Part shown: positions 1 through 13,300 of the stretch, piece after piece
Numbering within the stretch: the first letter of the stretch is position 1
Layout: the number at the start of each line of letters is the position of its first letter
NCBI RefSeq assembly: GCF_000143415.4
Contig: NW_003314324.1
Coordinates: 633,379 to 697,378 of the forward strand
Reading direction: 5' to 3'
DNA from: Selaginella moellendorffii
Taxonomy: Eukaryota; Plantae; Lycopodiophyta
DNA length: 64,000 nt
The notes under the pieces: generated by a model
Told to the model about the DNA's origin: nothing
Seen by the model: only the letters and a program-made list of their open reading frames with translations
The model's database searches: none
Position numbers and translations under genes: made by a program

Positions 1-241
1 ACCTTTCGATAGATGGTGTTTCTCGATCGTGGGCTTTCAGCTTGGATTCATCCATGAGTTTAGATTTCTTTCTCTTTCATTCGCGGAGCTCTTCTCTCCC
101 GTTTTTTTTTTTTTCTTACTTCTGTGAATCGATAAATCCTCTTCATTGATGATTTTTTCCTTCTCAAGTTCGTGCTTTCTTCTTCTGGGACTTGATTTGA
201 CGTATGCATGCGCAAAAAAAACTCATCTTTTTTCCTTCCAG

Positions 242-3200
242 GAAGCGAGGAAAGGTGCACGGACCGTAGACACTCTTCACGACGCTCTTTGGTTCTTCAG
301 CGTGGCCCCGTTCGTCAGCTTCGTTTTTGGAACCGGCAACGCGCTCTCTTTGTCCGTGTTTGGATTGGCCGAGTGGAGCGAGTTTCTGGAAATCTGGCCA
401 ACTTGGGTGTTGGGCGATCTCTCCGCGATCCTGTGTTACACTCCCTGCGTCCTCCACCTCTGGAACCTCTTCGTTCCAGGGACGTCGCCGATCCACTGGG
501 GACGCAGCAGAAGCTATGCCTCGCAATTCTGGAAAATGTATGGGAGCAAGCGATTCCAGGAGAGCCACCAACACTCCATCCAAATTCCCGACGAGGGTGG
601 TGATCGAGAAACCAAAGCAGCCGAGAGGCGTGGAGTCACTGGGAAGCTCTTGGATTTGCTGAGAATCAAAGACAAGCTAGTCGACGATGGAAACATCACC
701 ACCGCCACCACCTCCGCAAACGATGCGAGGATATCATCTGTGACGAGCGAAATGGAGAGCGCTCCACCGGAGAGTTACTTGCGACTTCGATCGTTATCGA
801 CGACGTCCAAGCCTCAGCCACTCCCATCGCTCATCCTCTCGAGAGCTCCCGACGCTCGCTCCATCCGGAAGTGCATCGTCCGGACAGGAGAGTGCATCGC
901 CTTGTTCGTCTTGCTCATCGTTTTGTCGCTCGTCATCTTCTTCAACTTTGGCGTTGGCGATTTGAGCTTCGTCCAGAGGCTGTCATACTTGGTTTTCCCG
1001 GTGGTGATCTGGGCCTCGTTTCGATTCAATCGCATTGGGCTTCCTCTGGCCGTGCTGGTCGTGGCAGTGATCGCGAGCGCTGGCACTGCCAAGCATCGAG
1101 GACCTCTTTATCGTAAGAACAACAACCATTCTTTGCTCCAGGTGTAGTGAAAACAGGTTTTCTCTTCTTTCCAAGTTCTGCTTCCTTTGATGATCCTTTG
1201 TTCTTACTCTGGTTCTTTCAGGTGCAAATGTTCGTTTGCGTATTGGCAATAGTAGCTATTACTCTTGCTGCGATAGTTCACGATCGCAAGCAAATGGAAG
1301 GAGAACTTAACGAGATGAATTCCACTCTCGAGCTACAGGTAGTAGCAAGCTTGTCTAGTCGATGTCTTATGACTTCTCCGCAGGTTCAAGCACGAACTAA
1401 CGAGCTGGAGCTCGCAAACAAAGAGCTCCAAGAATCACAAGCCGCGGCAGAAGAAGCAAGCCGCGCGAAGTCGGAGTTTCTGGCCAACATGAGTCACGAA
1501 ATCAGGTAGAACATTTCAAGTTTCTCGTTCTTCCTACCCGACTTTAGTTCGTCAACTCAAGCTTTTGAATCGCAGGACACCGATTCATGCGATAATTGGA
1601 ATGGCCTCGTTGGCTTTGGACACGAATCTCACGGAAGAACAACGTGAACATCTGGACACGGTCGCACAGTCGGCCGACTCGCTCCTCCACATTGTCAACA
1701 CCATTCTCGACCTTGCCAAGATCGAGGCTGGCCGTTTGGAGCTAGAACACGTCCCCTTTAACGTCTGTGACTTGCTCAGCTCCACCATGAAAATGCTTCA
1801 AGTAAGAGCATGGATCCTCTTATCATCTCGGCATAGTTTTCTAGCTTTCGAGTGAAAGATAATTTCTTGAGTTTTCTTCCAGGTCAGTGCCAGGCAAAAG
1901 GACTTGGATATGTCGTGGGAGGTCTCGGCTGAAGTTCCACAGCAACTTATCGGTGACGCTGGGCGGCTCCAGCAGTGTATCTTAAATCTTGGTGAGTATC
2001 TTCTCTAGTTTTCCTAGTTTTGCATTGCTCTTCTTTAGCTCTATTTTCCATCAAAAGCTCTTCAAAGGTTTTGGTATTTCCATCGAATTCTTGGCTCGGT
2101 TGTTCTTCGTGATGCTGATCTCTCTCGTGTTTTTTGTTTGCTTGCTCGTTTTATATTCAAGTTCAACCTTTGATTTGGATGTTGTCTTGATGCCAACTTC
2201 TACTTTCTTGCAGTGGGAAACGCCATCAAGTTCACGCAGCGAGGCTCCGTTTTTCTGTCCGCGAAACTCTACACCGAGGACGACTTCCTGAGGGCCACTT
2301 CCTCCACCTCGCAAGCGCTCGAGTACGTCAAAGCCTTGGAGAGACGACGCTCCAGCCACAGCACGCTAGCCTCCCCTCGAGCATTCCTTCACTCGGACGG
2401 AAGCAACAGCCTCAAGCTCGTGAGTCCCAGGAATCATGTCTCGAATGATCCGCAGCGAAGGGAAGAAGAGGCTGTGTGTGTTTTGTTCTCCGTCAAAGAC
2501 ACCGGCATTGGTATCAGCCAGGAGAAACAGAAGGAAGTTTTCAAAGCTTTCTCTCAGGCCGATACTTCCATCACCCGGCTGTATGGAGGAACTGGTCTGG
2601 GACTCAGCATTGTCGAAAGGTATGTAGTCTCGAATGGTTTTCTTTCTCAATGTTTCCAAGTTTGTTCTTCCAGATTGGTGGCGATGATGGGAGGCCGGAT
2701 CTGGCTCGAGAGCGAAGCCGGCAAAGGCAGCACATTTTACTTCGCTGCTTGCTTCGATCGAGTAGTGGCAACACAAGAATCAAATCGAGGAGCAGTAAAG
2801 AAGAGCCTGGAAATCGAGGAGGTAGAGTCCATCCAATACCAGGACAGGATACAATCCGCCGAAGAAGCATCGTGTCACTCCAATGGGCTCAGGACACACG
2901 AAGAAACTCCAAACTCCGGCTACTCCCTGCCGCGCGGTGCTAACCAACGTCACTCGGCTGCACCTTGCGGCACTTCAGCGGAGGCGCGCAGTGTGTCCGG
3001 AGTAACTCAACTTGGTCCGGTGGCACCGCCGGAGGACCTTGGCATACTGCGCGGCATGAGAGTCCTGCTCGCCGAGGACAACGTTATAAACCAAAAGGTG
3101 GCGTGCCAGCAGCTACGCAAGTTTGGCACCACGGTGGAAGTGGTGGGCGATGGCGAGCAGTGCTTGAGCGCGCTGGAGAGAGACCGTGATCGCTACGATC

Positions 3201-3496
3201 TCATCCTCATGGACGTCCAGGTGAGTTTTTTCTTCCCTTTAGTTCTTCCAGATCTGAGTTTCTTGTTCGTCCAGATGCCAGTTTTGGATGGCTTAGAGGC
3301 TACGAGGAGCATCCGAGCCCAAGAGAAACTAGCCGGGTATCGGTCCAAGCCGATAATCGGGCTCACGGCTCACGCGATCCAGGGGTACGAGGACAAGTGT
3401 ATCGAGGCGGGAATGGATGCATACGCTTGCAAACCATTCCGGGCCAAGCAACTTGTCGATGTAATCCAAAGAGTAATGAGCCACTGTTCTTCCTAG
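242..3496 (+). CDS. MASE1-domain hybrid sensor histidine kinase (MASE1-HisKA-HATPase-REC), multi-exon, 5' exons probably upstream of the window
   Basis: MASE1-like hydrophobic motifs (WVLGDLSAIL; LVFPVVIWASFRF...GPL), H-box KSEFLANMSHEIR/TPIHAIIG, N-box NL(V)GNAIKFT, G boxes VKDTGIGI and YGGTGLGLSI, receiver VLLAEDNVINQ...ILMDVQ/MP...KPF. Short GT-AG introns join the ORF pieces. Confidence 0.93.
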
Positions 3497-5316
3497 AATC
3501 TTGGAGAGCCAACTTTCTGAGAGAAGCTTTCCATTTGTCGATAGAGGAGAGACTTGGATTCTTGGAGAGCTAGACATAGAAGTTGTTCTTCCGAGAGCTT
3601 AAAGGTTGCTTACCTGAATACTGCTCGCAAAAGGGAACACTAGGCGCGCATCCCTGTGGCTCGTTCCCAGATCCAAAGGATCGATCGATCGATTGGTCCA
3701 GCGGCCAGACAACCGTAGTGCTTCCTTCACGGGGCGATCGAGAGCTCCAGTGCTTTTGCTCTACTACAGGAAGCTCATGAGAAAGCAAGGGTGAGACAAG
3801 AAGGGAACGAGTGAGGTGGTCAATATTCTAGAACTTCGAGCTCCACCACGTAGGCCAGATTCTTTTGGAGGGGAGAAACCGAGATCGAGAAGCATAGGGG
3901 GATGGCCCGAGCAGAGTTTTGTGTTGCCTCCCTTCGCAAGTGACCACCTAGAATTCGCGCGAAAAAAAACTTTCAAAAACTTTGAGGCTGTATAATCGGA
4001 ATGGCGACTGCTCCCGCCAGGATCTCGTGCTGCTCACGATTATCGGAAACTTGGAGAGGAGTTGGAAGATGGTCTCTTGGAGAACTGCGATCACTCCCTT
4101 CGCCACGCTGGATTGCCCTTTCCCAGAGTGGGAATCTAAACCAATTGCAGGAACTGTTTCCGGAGATGCCGTGGCGCAGCATTGCGTTCTAAAACTTTCT
4201 AACGCAAATATATAACATTCATGGCATGACAATTGGGTTGATGCTTCTTTCGAAAGATCTCAGAGAAAAGTTTTCTTTCGTGAAACGCCATGGTATGTGC
4301 ATATGGCCATCATAGGTATCTTGTTTAAATCTTTGATGACAACGACTCAATATTGACAAGCTTCAATAGTGATGTCTTTTCTTTACTCACCTTGAGTACC
4401 GCAGCTCCAGCCACATTGCCAAAAAAAAATACACGTCTTCCCATCTGTCCAGTCCACATATCTGGACAGAACACCGGCCCCAACTACGAGAGCCGTCTTG
4501 AATCTCCCTCCTGGAGATGCATACATTAGTGTACATGAAAACATTGCCGAGTTTTAATAAGAAAACCACCTCTCATGACTCTATAAGATTAACCATAAAG
4601 TTGCTATAATGTCAAAGGCAACTGAGCTATGGCATCCCAATTGATTTGCCACATATAACCCCGAAAACATAGAAGTGCTCGTGAAACAATTCTTTATTGT
4701 AAACATGCATAACTTAATGATGTCATTGTCTCTACCGTGATGTTAGATTCCAGACTTGTTTGAGAGTATATGGCGCGAGTGAATGCTAATTCTGTCCTAG
4801 ATCCATTTGTCAGCGGTCTCCAACTTGGGGGGCTGAAATTGGCAAAATCTGTATTATAGATGACTTGCTGCGCCGAGCCAGTTCCATGCAAACTCAAGAA
4901 TTCGTGAGCAAAGATTTGTAAGTGTAACAAATGGAATGTCATCAATGACAGCAACAACAACAACAATCTTGCATTTGTCTTTGTCGCTAAAGGAGTGTAG
5001 AAATCTTCCACTGGAGAGATTTGCATGCTTGGCTGTGCCAGAGATACATCTTCTGTGAAAAGTTGACGAGATTGAGTGGTGATTATAAGTTTTGTCCTGC
5101 AAAGTTTAGACGCTTGGTGTTGAGGTGGAATGCTGCTATTGGAGATACCAAAGCTAATATATTCGAGAGTTCGAGAAGCAGAAGCAATTGCTAGAATGGA
5201 GACAAGTCCAGTCATTGATCAGGTGAAGTTGATGCTCTTGAAGTTCCCAAAGCTGAGCAAGATGTAAGGTGGTAAAACCGCGGGAGGAAACTGAGAGCGA
5301 AGCGGCGAAGAGGACA

Positions 5317-6165
5317 TGATGGAGTACTTGGAGGAGCGTGTGATGTTCAAGGAGTGAACATCATAGCCGATGGCTGGTTGGCCTTGCTCTACACGATGGA
5401 TTTGACGAGGAGGGAAGCATCTGCTTTTTTGTCCAAGAATTTTTAACGTTTGACCACAAATCGTTGTGCAATGGCCGCGATGCTCACACCCAGCTTTCTC
5501 GTCCCAGATGCTGCGAGAAGCCATGATCGAGGCCTTCACCGGATCCACGCACCAAACGAACATACTCATCACTGAAATCATCAAAAGCTTGGTGTTTGTG
5601 TTTTATTTTTAAAACGCTCCGAATCTGAAAACGAAGGGATTCTTCGCATGGGAGCAATGGAACGGGAAAAGAGCCCACCAATCGATTCCTGGGCAGGAGG
5701 AGTTCTATGCTTCTCGTTCCTCATCAGCCGAGCTTGTGCAACAATCACGGTCTTTCTACTCGAAGCAGGCTATGGAGATCACAGAATGGAGTTGGACAAA
5801 CAGAGGCTTGTTGCTGTCATCGCAGGAGACTAGCATTCCACCGGAATGTTCATTGCAACAAGAAGTGTGAGGTCCATCAACTTGAAATTGAGCTCGGAAA
5901 GGTGGCTAGAACTGCGAGGAAATCGAGAGCTAAGTTTTTGCAGGGAGAGGACACGATGGACTACTTGGAGGAGCGTAGGGATCTCTACAGGAATCGAGGA
6001 GATATCGAAGGTGTGTTTTGCTATAAATCAAGCTAAACAGGCTAGCGTTTGACCACAAATCATCGTGCGATGGCCGCGATGCACACACCCGTCCCAGGTG
6101 TGCTGCGAGAAGTGATCGAGTCCTTCCCCGGGTCCACGCGCCAAACAAAAAGCTTGGATGAAGCT
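5317..6165 (+). repeat. Two diverged direct copies of a coding-like fragment (about 5317-5600 and 5955-6165), likely pseudogene debris
   Basis: Shared blocks ATGGA(G/C)TACTTGGAGGAGCGT and CGTTTGACCACAAATC(G/A)T(T/C)GTGC(A/G)ATGGCCGCGATGC(T/A)CACACCC. No long ORF. Confidence 0.6.
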
Positions 6166-7285
6166 TGGGAATGGAAGGGAGTGTATAGAAGTGGGTTTCT
6201 AAACGCTCAGAATGAAATCTTGTTCCTTCTTCCAGTAGGTAGAGAAATTGGGAGTGTTATTATCAGAATTTACAAGCTGCTGATTTGGCCGCTTCGGCCT
6301 GCCTAGCATGCGAACAACGCCAGCCACAAGAAAGAGTGGCGGGAGATAATTCAAGATCATGGACAAGCTTTTTGTCCCGCTGCTGTTGGAACTGTTTTCC
6401 TCCTCGTTTCTCTCAATGGAAGATTTGCGGTTCTCAAACGAGACCACAACCTTTTTCCTACCTCTCATGCCCATCACCAGGTTGGCGATGCCATTGCCAT
6501 GGCCAGCAGTATGGACATATTGAGTTTTGTTAAAAGGATCCCAAAGCAATATAGCCTCTCGTGGAACGCAGTCGTGTCTGCATATTGGTATCTTTCTTGA
6601 ATCTTTAGGGATGGTAGATGCTATGACAAACAACTCCAGGTAGACAACTCAAAGGAGAATGCAAAGCCCACATGGATAGAAAACCAAAAGGCCATAGCCA
6701 ACTACATTGCAAAATTTCCAACGAGCTTTTTGGAAATTTAGTGGCAGGATCCTGCTTGCGGCTCAATCGTAAGTTCCCTCCCGGCCATGCATCAATTCTC
6801 CTTGTCCTCCTTTCGTGGGGAAGATTTGCGGAGGATCCTCTTCCCATTCCGGATTACAACGCTTCTCATAATGCTGCTGGCGGAGCTGGCATTTGCGGCA
6901 ACGGGGCCGGCATTGTTGAACAGATTAACCATGTCTGAACAAAGCAAACCGACACAAACACGCATTAGTCCCAGGAGCCCCAGATGGAAAGCATAGAATG
7001 AGCATTGCTTACCTGAATACTACTCGCAAAAGGGACCACTAGGGTGAGAAAGCAAGGGTGAGGGAACGAGTGAGGGCTGGGCTTATATTGCCACGAGATG
7101 GTAGCGGCCAACTAACGATCCAGCCACTGTGATCGATCAAGAGCAGCAAATCCGGATCCTGCCACCATTTTCCAAAAGGCTCTTGGAAATTTTGCGCTAT
7201 CTTTTCTTGGTTTGCTATTGTGGGCATCTCGTTCAACAAGATACCTATGATGATACAGGAGCTCGACCAAAAATTTTGCCAAAAT

Positions 7286-7358
7286 TTCCGTTGCCGGGAA
7301 TTGAACCCGGATCTCTCGGGTGAGAGCCGAGTATCCTGACCGACTAGACTACAACGGA
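7286..7358 (-). tRNA. tRNA-Glu (anticodon CTC)
   Basis: Reverse complement TCCGTTGTAGTCTAGTCGGTCAGGATACTCGGCTCTCACCCGAGAGATCCGGGTTCAATTCCCGGCAACGGAA folds as a cloverleaf with acceptor stem TCCGTTG/CAACGGA and a GGTTCAATTCC B box. T-runs downstream act as the Pol III terminator. Confidence 0.96.
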
Positions 7359-7608
7359 GTACATTACTTTTCGCGAGCCGGACGGTTTAGGGTTTTAGGT
7401 GGTGTTAGAATTTGCGCGAAAAAAAAGCTTTCAAATTTAAGCGTATTAGGGCTCTTCCAATTTGGCGCGTTTGTACCGCGCGGTTACTGCTCGGTCGGTG
7501 TGTGCCGCGCGACCCGGCTTGTGCCGCGCAGTACATTTGATTAGTCAATGAGTCGATAGATGAGATCGATCGAGCTAGAAAGAATGTATTTACACGATCT
7601 ATAGATCT

Positions 7609-8334
7609 CTAATGAGCAGCGATCATGGGCTTACACATCATTCTCTTGAACTCGAGGAAATCGACCAGGCCATCGCCGTTGGAATCCACCATCCGGATCA
7701 TCCTGGAGCAACTGGGGCGGCCGCCATGCTCCTCCACGAATCCTAGCCTGGCGAGAACCGTGTGGAGCTCCTCCGCCGTGATGAATCCATCGTTGTCGCG
7801 GTCGAAGACCCTGAAAGCCTCCATCAGATCTTCTTCCTCTTGATCTTCGCCCTCGCAATCCGGCGCTTCCTCTCCTTCCAAAATATCCCTGCGACCGTGG
7901 AAGATGGAGCAAAACTCCCCGAAATCCACGAATCCGTCGCCGTCCTCGTCGATCGCCTCGAGTGTGGCGGCCACGTCGCGATCCGAGAGGCTGCGATCCA
8001 GCCGCAGCATCATCTGTGCGATGTCGCCCTTGCAAATCAGACCGTCGCGGTTGCAATCGAATTCCTGGAAGACATTCCAAAGCTCTAGCTCTTCTTTCCT
8101 TCCACGCAAATTTAGGGCTCTTGGGCAGCTTGGCGATGGAGATGGAGTGAGGAGGGGCTGGCAGTGCCATCCATAGTCCATGAGATGGGGCAAGTGGAGC
8201 GAGCACGGCGCGATGGAATCCCTCGCCCTCATTCTTGCTTTCTTCGCGATTCCTTGTGGGATTGTCGGCGCATCCATGCGAGTAGCAGCTCCTCCTTTGC
8301 TTGGCGATCGATGCATACTTATCGATGCCGCCAA
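7609..8334 (-). CDS. Calmodulin-like (CML) protein with 4 EF hands, intronless
   Basis: EF loops DCNRDGLICKGD, DEDGDGFVDFGE, DRDNDGFITAEE, DSNGDGLVDFLE. Exact start codon uncertain. Confidence 0.92.
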   Translation of the reverse strand: MAASISMHRSPSKGGAATRMDAPTIPQGIAKKARMRARDSIAPCSLHLPHLMDYGWHCQPLLTPSPSPSCPRALNLRGRKEELELWNVFQEFDCNRDGLICKGDIAQMMLRLDRSLSDRDVAATLEAIDEDGDGFVDFGEFCSIFHGRRDILEGEEAPDCEGEDQEEEDLMEAFRVFDRDNDGFITAEELHTVLARLGFVEEHGGRPSCSRMIRMVDSNGDGLVDFLEFKRMMCKPMIAAH

Positions 8335-8902
8335 CGCGGTAAGAATCGAGAAGTAGTGTCACGCATTTCTACGATTGCCGGCGACAGGAAGCTGCCAAGA
8401 ACCCTAGCTTTGGAAAGCGTGGATTTCGGGTGGAAGATTCAAGCACGACTTCGCCAGAGTCGTGACATCACTCTCACAGGTCAGTGCTACTATAGTCTAG
8501 TTCCTTCATTCTTGGATTACTATCTAGGTCCACTTATCCATGTCTTTCGTCACAGCATTAGATGCCACGACAATCGAGGGAGTTTTATATCTGGGACTGC
8601 TCCAGCGATTAGCGTAAGATCACTCGGGAGTAAGTCCATGGCTCTCCATTGTTTAAGATCATCTCATAGTTTATACTAACAGCTCACTCTCTCTCGCTCT
8701 CTCTTTTCTTCCCAGAGTAACTTTGAGTAACTTTTGCTCCAGCGATGGCTGTAGTGGTCAGACAAAGGCCAATCGCCAGGTACTTACAAGATTCCTTTGC
8801 AAGAGAGTGACTCTCTCGCACTCTTTCTCTCTCCCTCGTTTCTCACTTGGTTCCTTCCATTCCCACGAAGCAGTGCACGAATCATCGGTCCGGAAGAAAA
8901 GG

Positions 8903-10175
8903 ATGCTCTCGAGAAAGCCACGAGGGAGAAAAATCTTAGCGGCCGCTTTGGTACTCGTGTTGATCCTCTGCCTTCACGCTGGCTACTCCAATTTCTTGAG
9001 CTTATCATACTTTCTCAGGCCCGTCTGGGACACACCACCGAAGCCATTCGACTTCATCACTCACTACTTCTCTCACAACCTCTCCCGCTCGGATCTGTGC
9101 GAATTACACAACTGGGAAGTGAGAGAGACCCCTCGCCGTGTCTTTGACGCCATCATCTTTAGCAACGAGCTCGACCTGCTGGAGATCCGGTGGAGAGAAT
9201 TGTATCCTTTCGTGACCAAGTTCGTGCTCCTGGAAGCAAATGGTACTTTCACTGGTCTGGCCAAGCCGCTCTTCTTCGCGAAAAACAGCTACAGGTTCTT
9301 GTTTGCGGCCTCGAAGCTGTTCTACCGGGAGATCTGGACGAGGCCTTTACTGGAGAATGAGAGTCCTTTCGCGACGGAGGTGTTCCAGCGACAGCAAATG
9401 GATCGAGCGCTGGTGGCTGCGGGGATTGAAGAAGGAGACATCGTTATCATGTCAGATGCTGATGAGATCCCGAGTTGGCACACGCTGGAGCTGCTAAGGT
9501 AGAGTTTTGTTTTAGTGTCTTTTTCACTTGTCTGTCTTGGTCGTAGTGTTCTTCGTTGGCACAGTCGTGCTTTGGCTGTGTTGGGCTAGGTGATGTCTGT
9601 GAGTTTCCAAACTTTCGAGAATAGTTTATAGTTTGGCTGTCGGTTTTTGTGATGCGTGAGTTTGATCAGTGCTAGTTTCCTTGTGCAGATGGTGCGATGG
9701 ATTTCCTTCTCCCATGCACCTCCAAATGAGAAACTATCTCTACTCGTTCGAGTTCCTGGTGGACGACAAAGCTTGGAGGCCGTGCGTGCATTTGTATCAG
9801 CCGGGCGCCACCAAGTATGGACACTTCCGAAGGTCAGATTTCATACTCGCAGACGCAGGGTGGCACTGCAGCTTCTGTTTCAGACACGTCAGTGAGATCC
9901 TGTTCAAGATCAGAGCCTACAGCCACGCAGACCGGCTGAAAGCCTCGCGCCTCGGCTCGGTGGACGCCGAGAGAAGAATCCAGGACGCGGTTTGTAAAGG
10001 CAGGGACCTGTTTGGCCTCCTTCCGGAGGAGTACACGTTCAAAGAGCTGGTAGCCAAGATGGGAAACGCCGCAAGATCTCACGCAGCAGTCCATTTGCCG
10101 CTGTGGTTGCTGCGAAACGCTCACAAGTTTAAGTTTTTACTTCCAGGACACTGCCTCCGCGAGTATGATCCTTGA
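8903..10175 (+). CDS. Glycosyltransferase family 17 (beta-1,4-mannosyl-glycoprotein 4-beta-N-acetylglucosaminyltransferase-like), 2 exons (8903-9498, 9689-10175)
   Basis: Type II TM anchor, RRVFDAIIFSNELDLLEIRWREL, IMSDADEIP DxD motif, AGWHCSFCF, YSHADR. Intron GTAGAG...TGCAG. Confidence 0.93.
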
Positions 10176-10305
10176 AGAACACTGGTGGTAAGCTTTCGTT
10201 TTTAAAAGCAAAGTTTTTGGTAACATTCTTTTTCCCTCGTCCACAGCACAGCCTTCGGCCACCCCGCAGATAGAAAAGCTCGACTCGCAAACGATAGCAC
10301 AGAGT

Positions 10306-13300
10306 CTACTCCAAGGGGTCGCCTCCGGACTTTGGATCCACACGCAAGGTAGTCCTCCTTGCGCTGCTGCTACTCTCGGTCGTGGACGACGACGCTGGAG
10401 ACGCTGGCGCTGGAGCCATGTAAGCCGTACTAAAGTTCTTCCGCGACCTCCCTTCAAACGTTGGAGCTCCTCTGTCCACCACCTGCTTGGTGTCCTCGGC
10501 AAAGGTCGTCCCTCTCGCCTTGAAAACTCTGATCCTCGGCCTTCCTCCTCCAGCCGCGTTCTTGCGATCCTCCTCGGCCTTTCTAGCCACTGCGTCCTCC
10601 TTCTCCTTTCTCGCTCTTTCCTCATCGTCCAGCCTCTTCTTCTCGCCTTCCCTGCGTTTCATCTCCTCTTCTTCCTGGATTCTCCTCTTGCGAGCTTCTT
10701 CTTCCTCGGCCTCTCTGCGTTTTCTCTCCCGTTCTTCCTCCTGGAGTTTCCTTCTGCGCGCTTCCTCCTCCCTGTGCTTTCGTTCCTCCTCCTCCTGCTT
10801 CCTCCTGAGCTCTTCCTCGGCCTCCTTCCTCTTGCCCTCTTCCTCTTCCATTCTTCTCTTTATCTCCTCCTCTTCCTCTTCCATTCTTCTCTTCATCTCC
10901 TCCTCTTGAGCTCGCTTCTTCTTCACTTCCTCTTCCTCCCTCAGCCTTCTCTCTTCCTCTTCCTTGATACGTAGACCCTCGGCCGCTTTCCTTCGCGCCT
11001 CGTCTTCGTTAAGCTTCTTTCCCTCGTCATTGCTTGCCACACTTTGTTTTTGCTCGGCCAGTTCTTGCTCACGCTGTTTTAGCCGTCTTTTCTGTTCGGC
11101 CAGTGCCTCTTCGAGTCGTTTTGCTTCTGCTTCGGCCGCGGCCTTCCTTCTCCTTGCTTCTTCATCGTCCCCGGCTCCAGTTATTCCACCTTTCTTCCTG
11201 GCTTCTCCTTCTTCAGCTAACAGTCTCTTCCTCCTTGCTTCTTCTTCTTCTTCGGCTAACAGTCTCTTCCTTCTTGCTTCTTCCTCTTCCGTTAACAGTC
11301 TCTTCCTCTTTGCTTCTTCTTCGGCTAACAGTCTCTTCCTCGCTTCTTCTTCTTCCGTCAACAGTTTCTTCCTCTTTGCTTCTTCTTCTTCGGCTAACAG
11401 TCTCTTCCTCCTTGCTTCTTCTTCAGCTAACAATCTTTTCCTCCTTGCTTCTTCGTCTTCGTCAGCCAAAAATCTTTTCCTCCTTGCTTCTTTCTCAGCA
11501 GCTGCTAATGCTTTTCTCTTTGCCTCTTCTTCAGTCTCTCCACCTGCGTCTTTATCTTCTCTAACACCACCTCCTTCTCCAGCCAAATCACTTTTCTTCT
11601 TTCTGTCTTCATAATTTTTCTGAGTTTCGCCACCTTTCTTCTTTGCGTCGTTTCCAGCTGCAGCTCTGCTCTTTGCCTGTGCTTCAGCTGCCGCTTTCTT
11701 TCTTGCCTCCTCTTTCCTCCGTTGCTCTTCCTCTTGCTTCCTCTGCATCTCTTCCTCTTGTTTCCTGCGCAACGCTTCGGCTGCCTTGCGCTCTGTATCT
11801 TCTTCTGCCTCTGCCAAAAAAAATGAAAAAGGTAAAGCATACGTGACGGTGTTAAAACAAAAGCTACCTCTGGGAGACGCTTCGTTTGCCGCTGACTTCC
11901 CTCTAGTTTCGTCACCACCGGGCTTCGTCTGTGCATTCAAGACGGATGAATGAGTGACGGGAGCTTTTACGGCCTTGTCCTTAGACCACCTGGTCCCTGC
12001 TTGGGGATCCCGACTGTCGACGTATGATCCGTGTGGTAGCCATTTCTAGGACTCTTGTTTGGTCCTTGACTTGAGTGTTTCACTATACCTTCTTGGCAGA
12101 TTTGTCCGGAGTGACAGGAGCCTTTTTGGCTGCCGGTGGAGGTGATGCTGGAGCTGCTGGAGCGGCAGCAACCTTCTTTCCTGCTTGAGGAGGCGATGGT
12201 GGAGCTGCGGGAGAAGCAGCAGCCTTCTTTCCAGCTGCTGGCGGTGGAGGCGACGGTGGAGCTGCTGGAGAAGCAGCAGTCTTCTTTCCAGCTGCTGGCG
12301 GTGGAGGCGATGGTGGAGCTGCAGGAGCAGTCGCAGCCTTCCTTGCTGCTGGTGGAGGAGGAGTTGGCGGGCTTTTGGAAGTGTTGAGTAGCTCGAACTT
12401 GGCCTTGGCTGCCTCGGCCTCACGTAGCTCTTTGGAGAGCTTCCTGATCTCGTTCTCCAGTTTGCTAGCTTTCCTGACCCACTTTTCCTTCTCGGCTGTT
12501 TCGGTGTCTAGCTGCTCGGTTAGCTTTGCTGCCTTGTCTTCCAGCTCCCTCCGTCTCTTCTCGTCCGCCTTGTTGGAATTGCTCGTTTCCAGTGCCTTTT
12601 GCTTGAACGCAGCAGTTTCTTGCTTCGTTTTCTCTAGATTCTTGTGAATCGCCTGTAGCAAAGCCAAGCTTGTGAAAATTGTCTTGCAAAAGAAGAAGCT
12701 TACTGTTAGACAGCTCTCGAGACGCTTGTTTGCAATCTCCAATAGTACTGCTTTGTCCTTCACAAGCGCGAGTTCTCTGTTCTCACAACTCAGCTTGTTC
12801 TGCCCCGCTTTCAAGCGCTTCATGTATTTCAGCAGCCTGATAATTTCATCGGCAAACACATTTCTTTCAACCTCCAGTTCCTGGCATTCTAGAAACACAT
12901 TAGAAAATCCCTGGCAAACAAAGTGCTGCTATGCTCTTACTCTGGAGCGCGTTAGGCGAACATCTCTCCTTAGTGTGAAAAGCTCATCGCGTTGTTCTTC
13001 ACAAACCATGTGAAGATCTTCTAGTCTAGTTTTCAATCCTGCATTTCTCTCTGGTTTAACATTTGAAATGGAAAAGATAAGAGCTATACCATAAACTTTG
13101 CTACGTAACCTCTCAGGGCCGCCAGTTCTGCGAGCATCAGTTCTTTGCAGCTCCAAATCCTCAAGATCTTTTTCAAGTTTCCTACAGACAAAAACAAGCA
13201 GCACTTTCTATAGAACAAAGCTAGCAAATACGAGAAGAAGATACTGACCTGTTCTCGTTCGCTACCGTCGAGGCTTGAATCCTCTGAGCAGCAATCTTGC

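Noticed and set aside
4694-5215. 173-aa minus-strand ORF as a lectin-like gene
   Set aside because: No diagnostic motif and no supportable gene structure.
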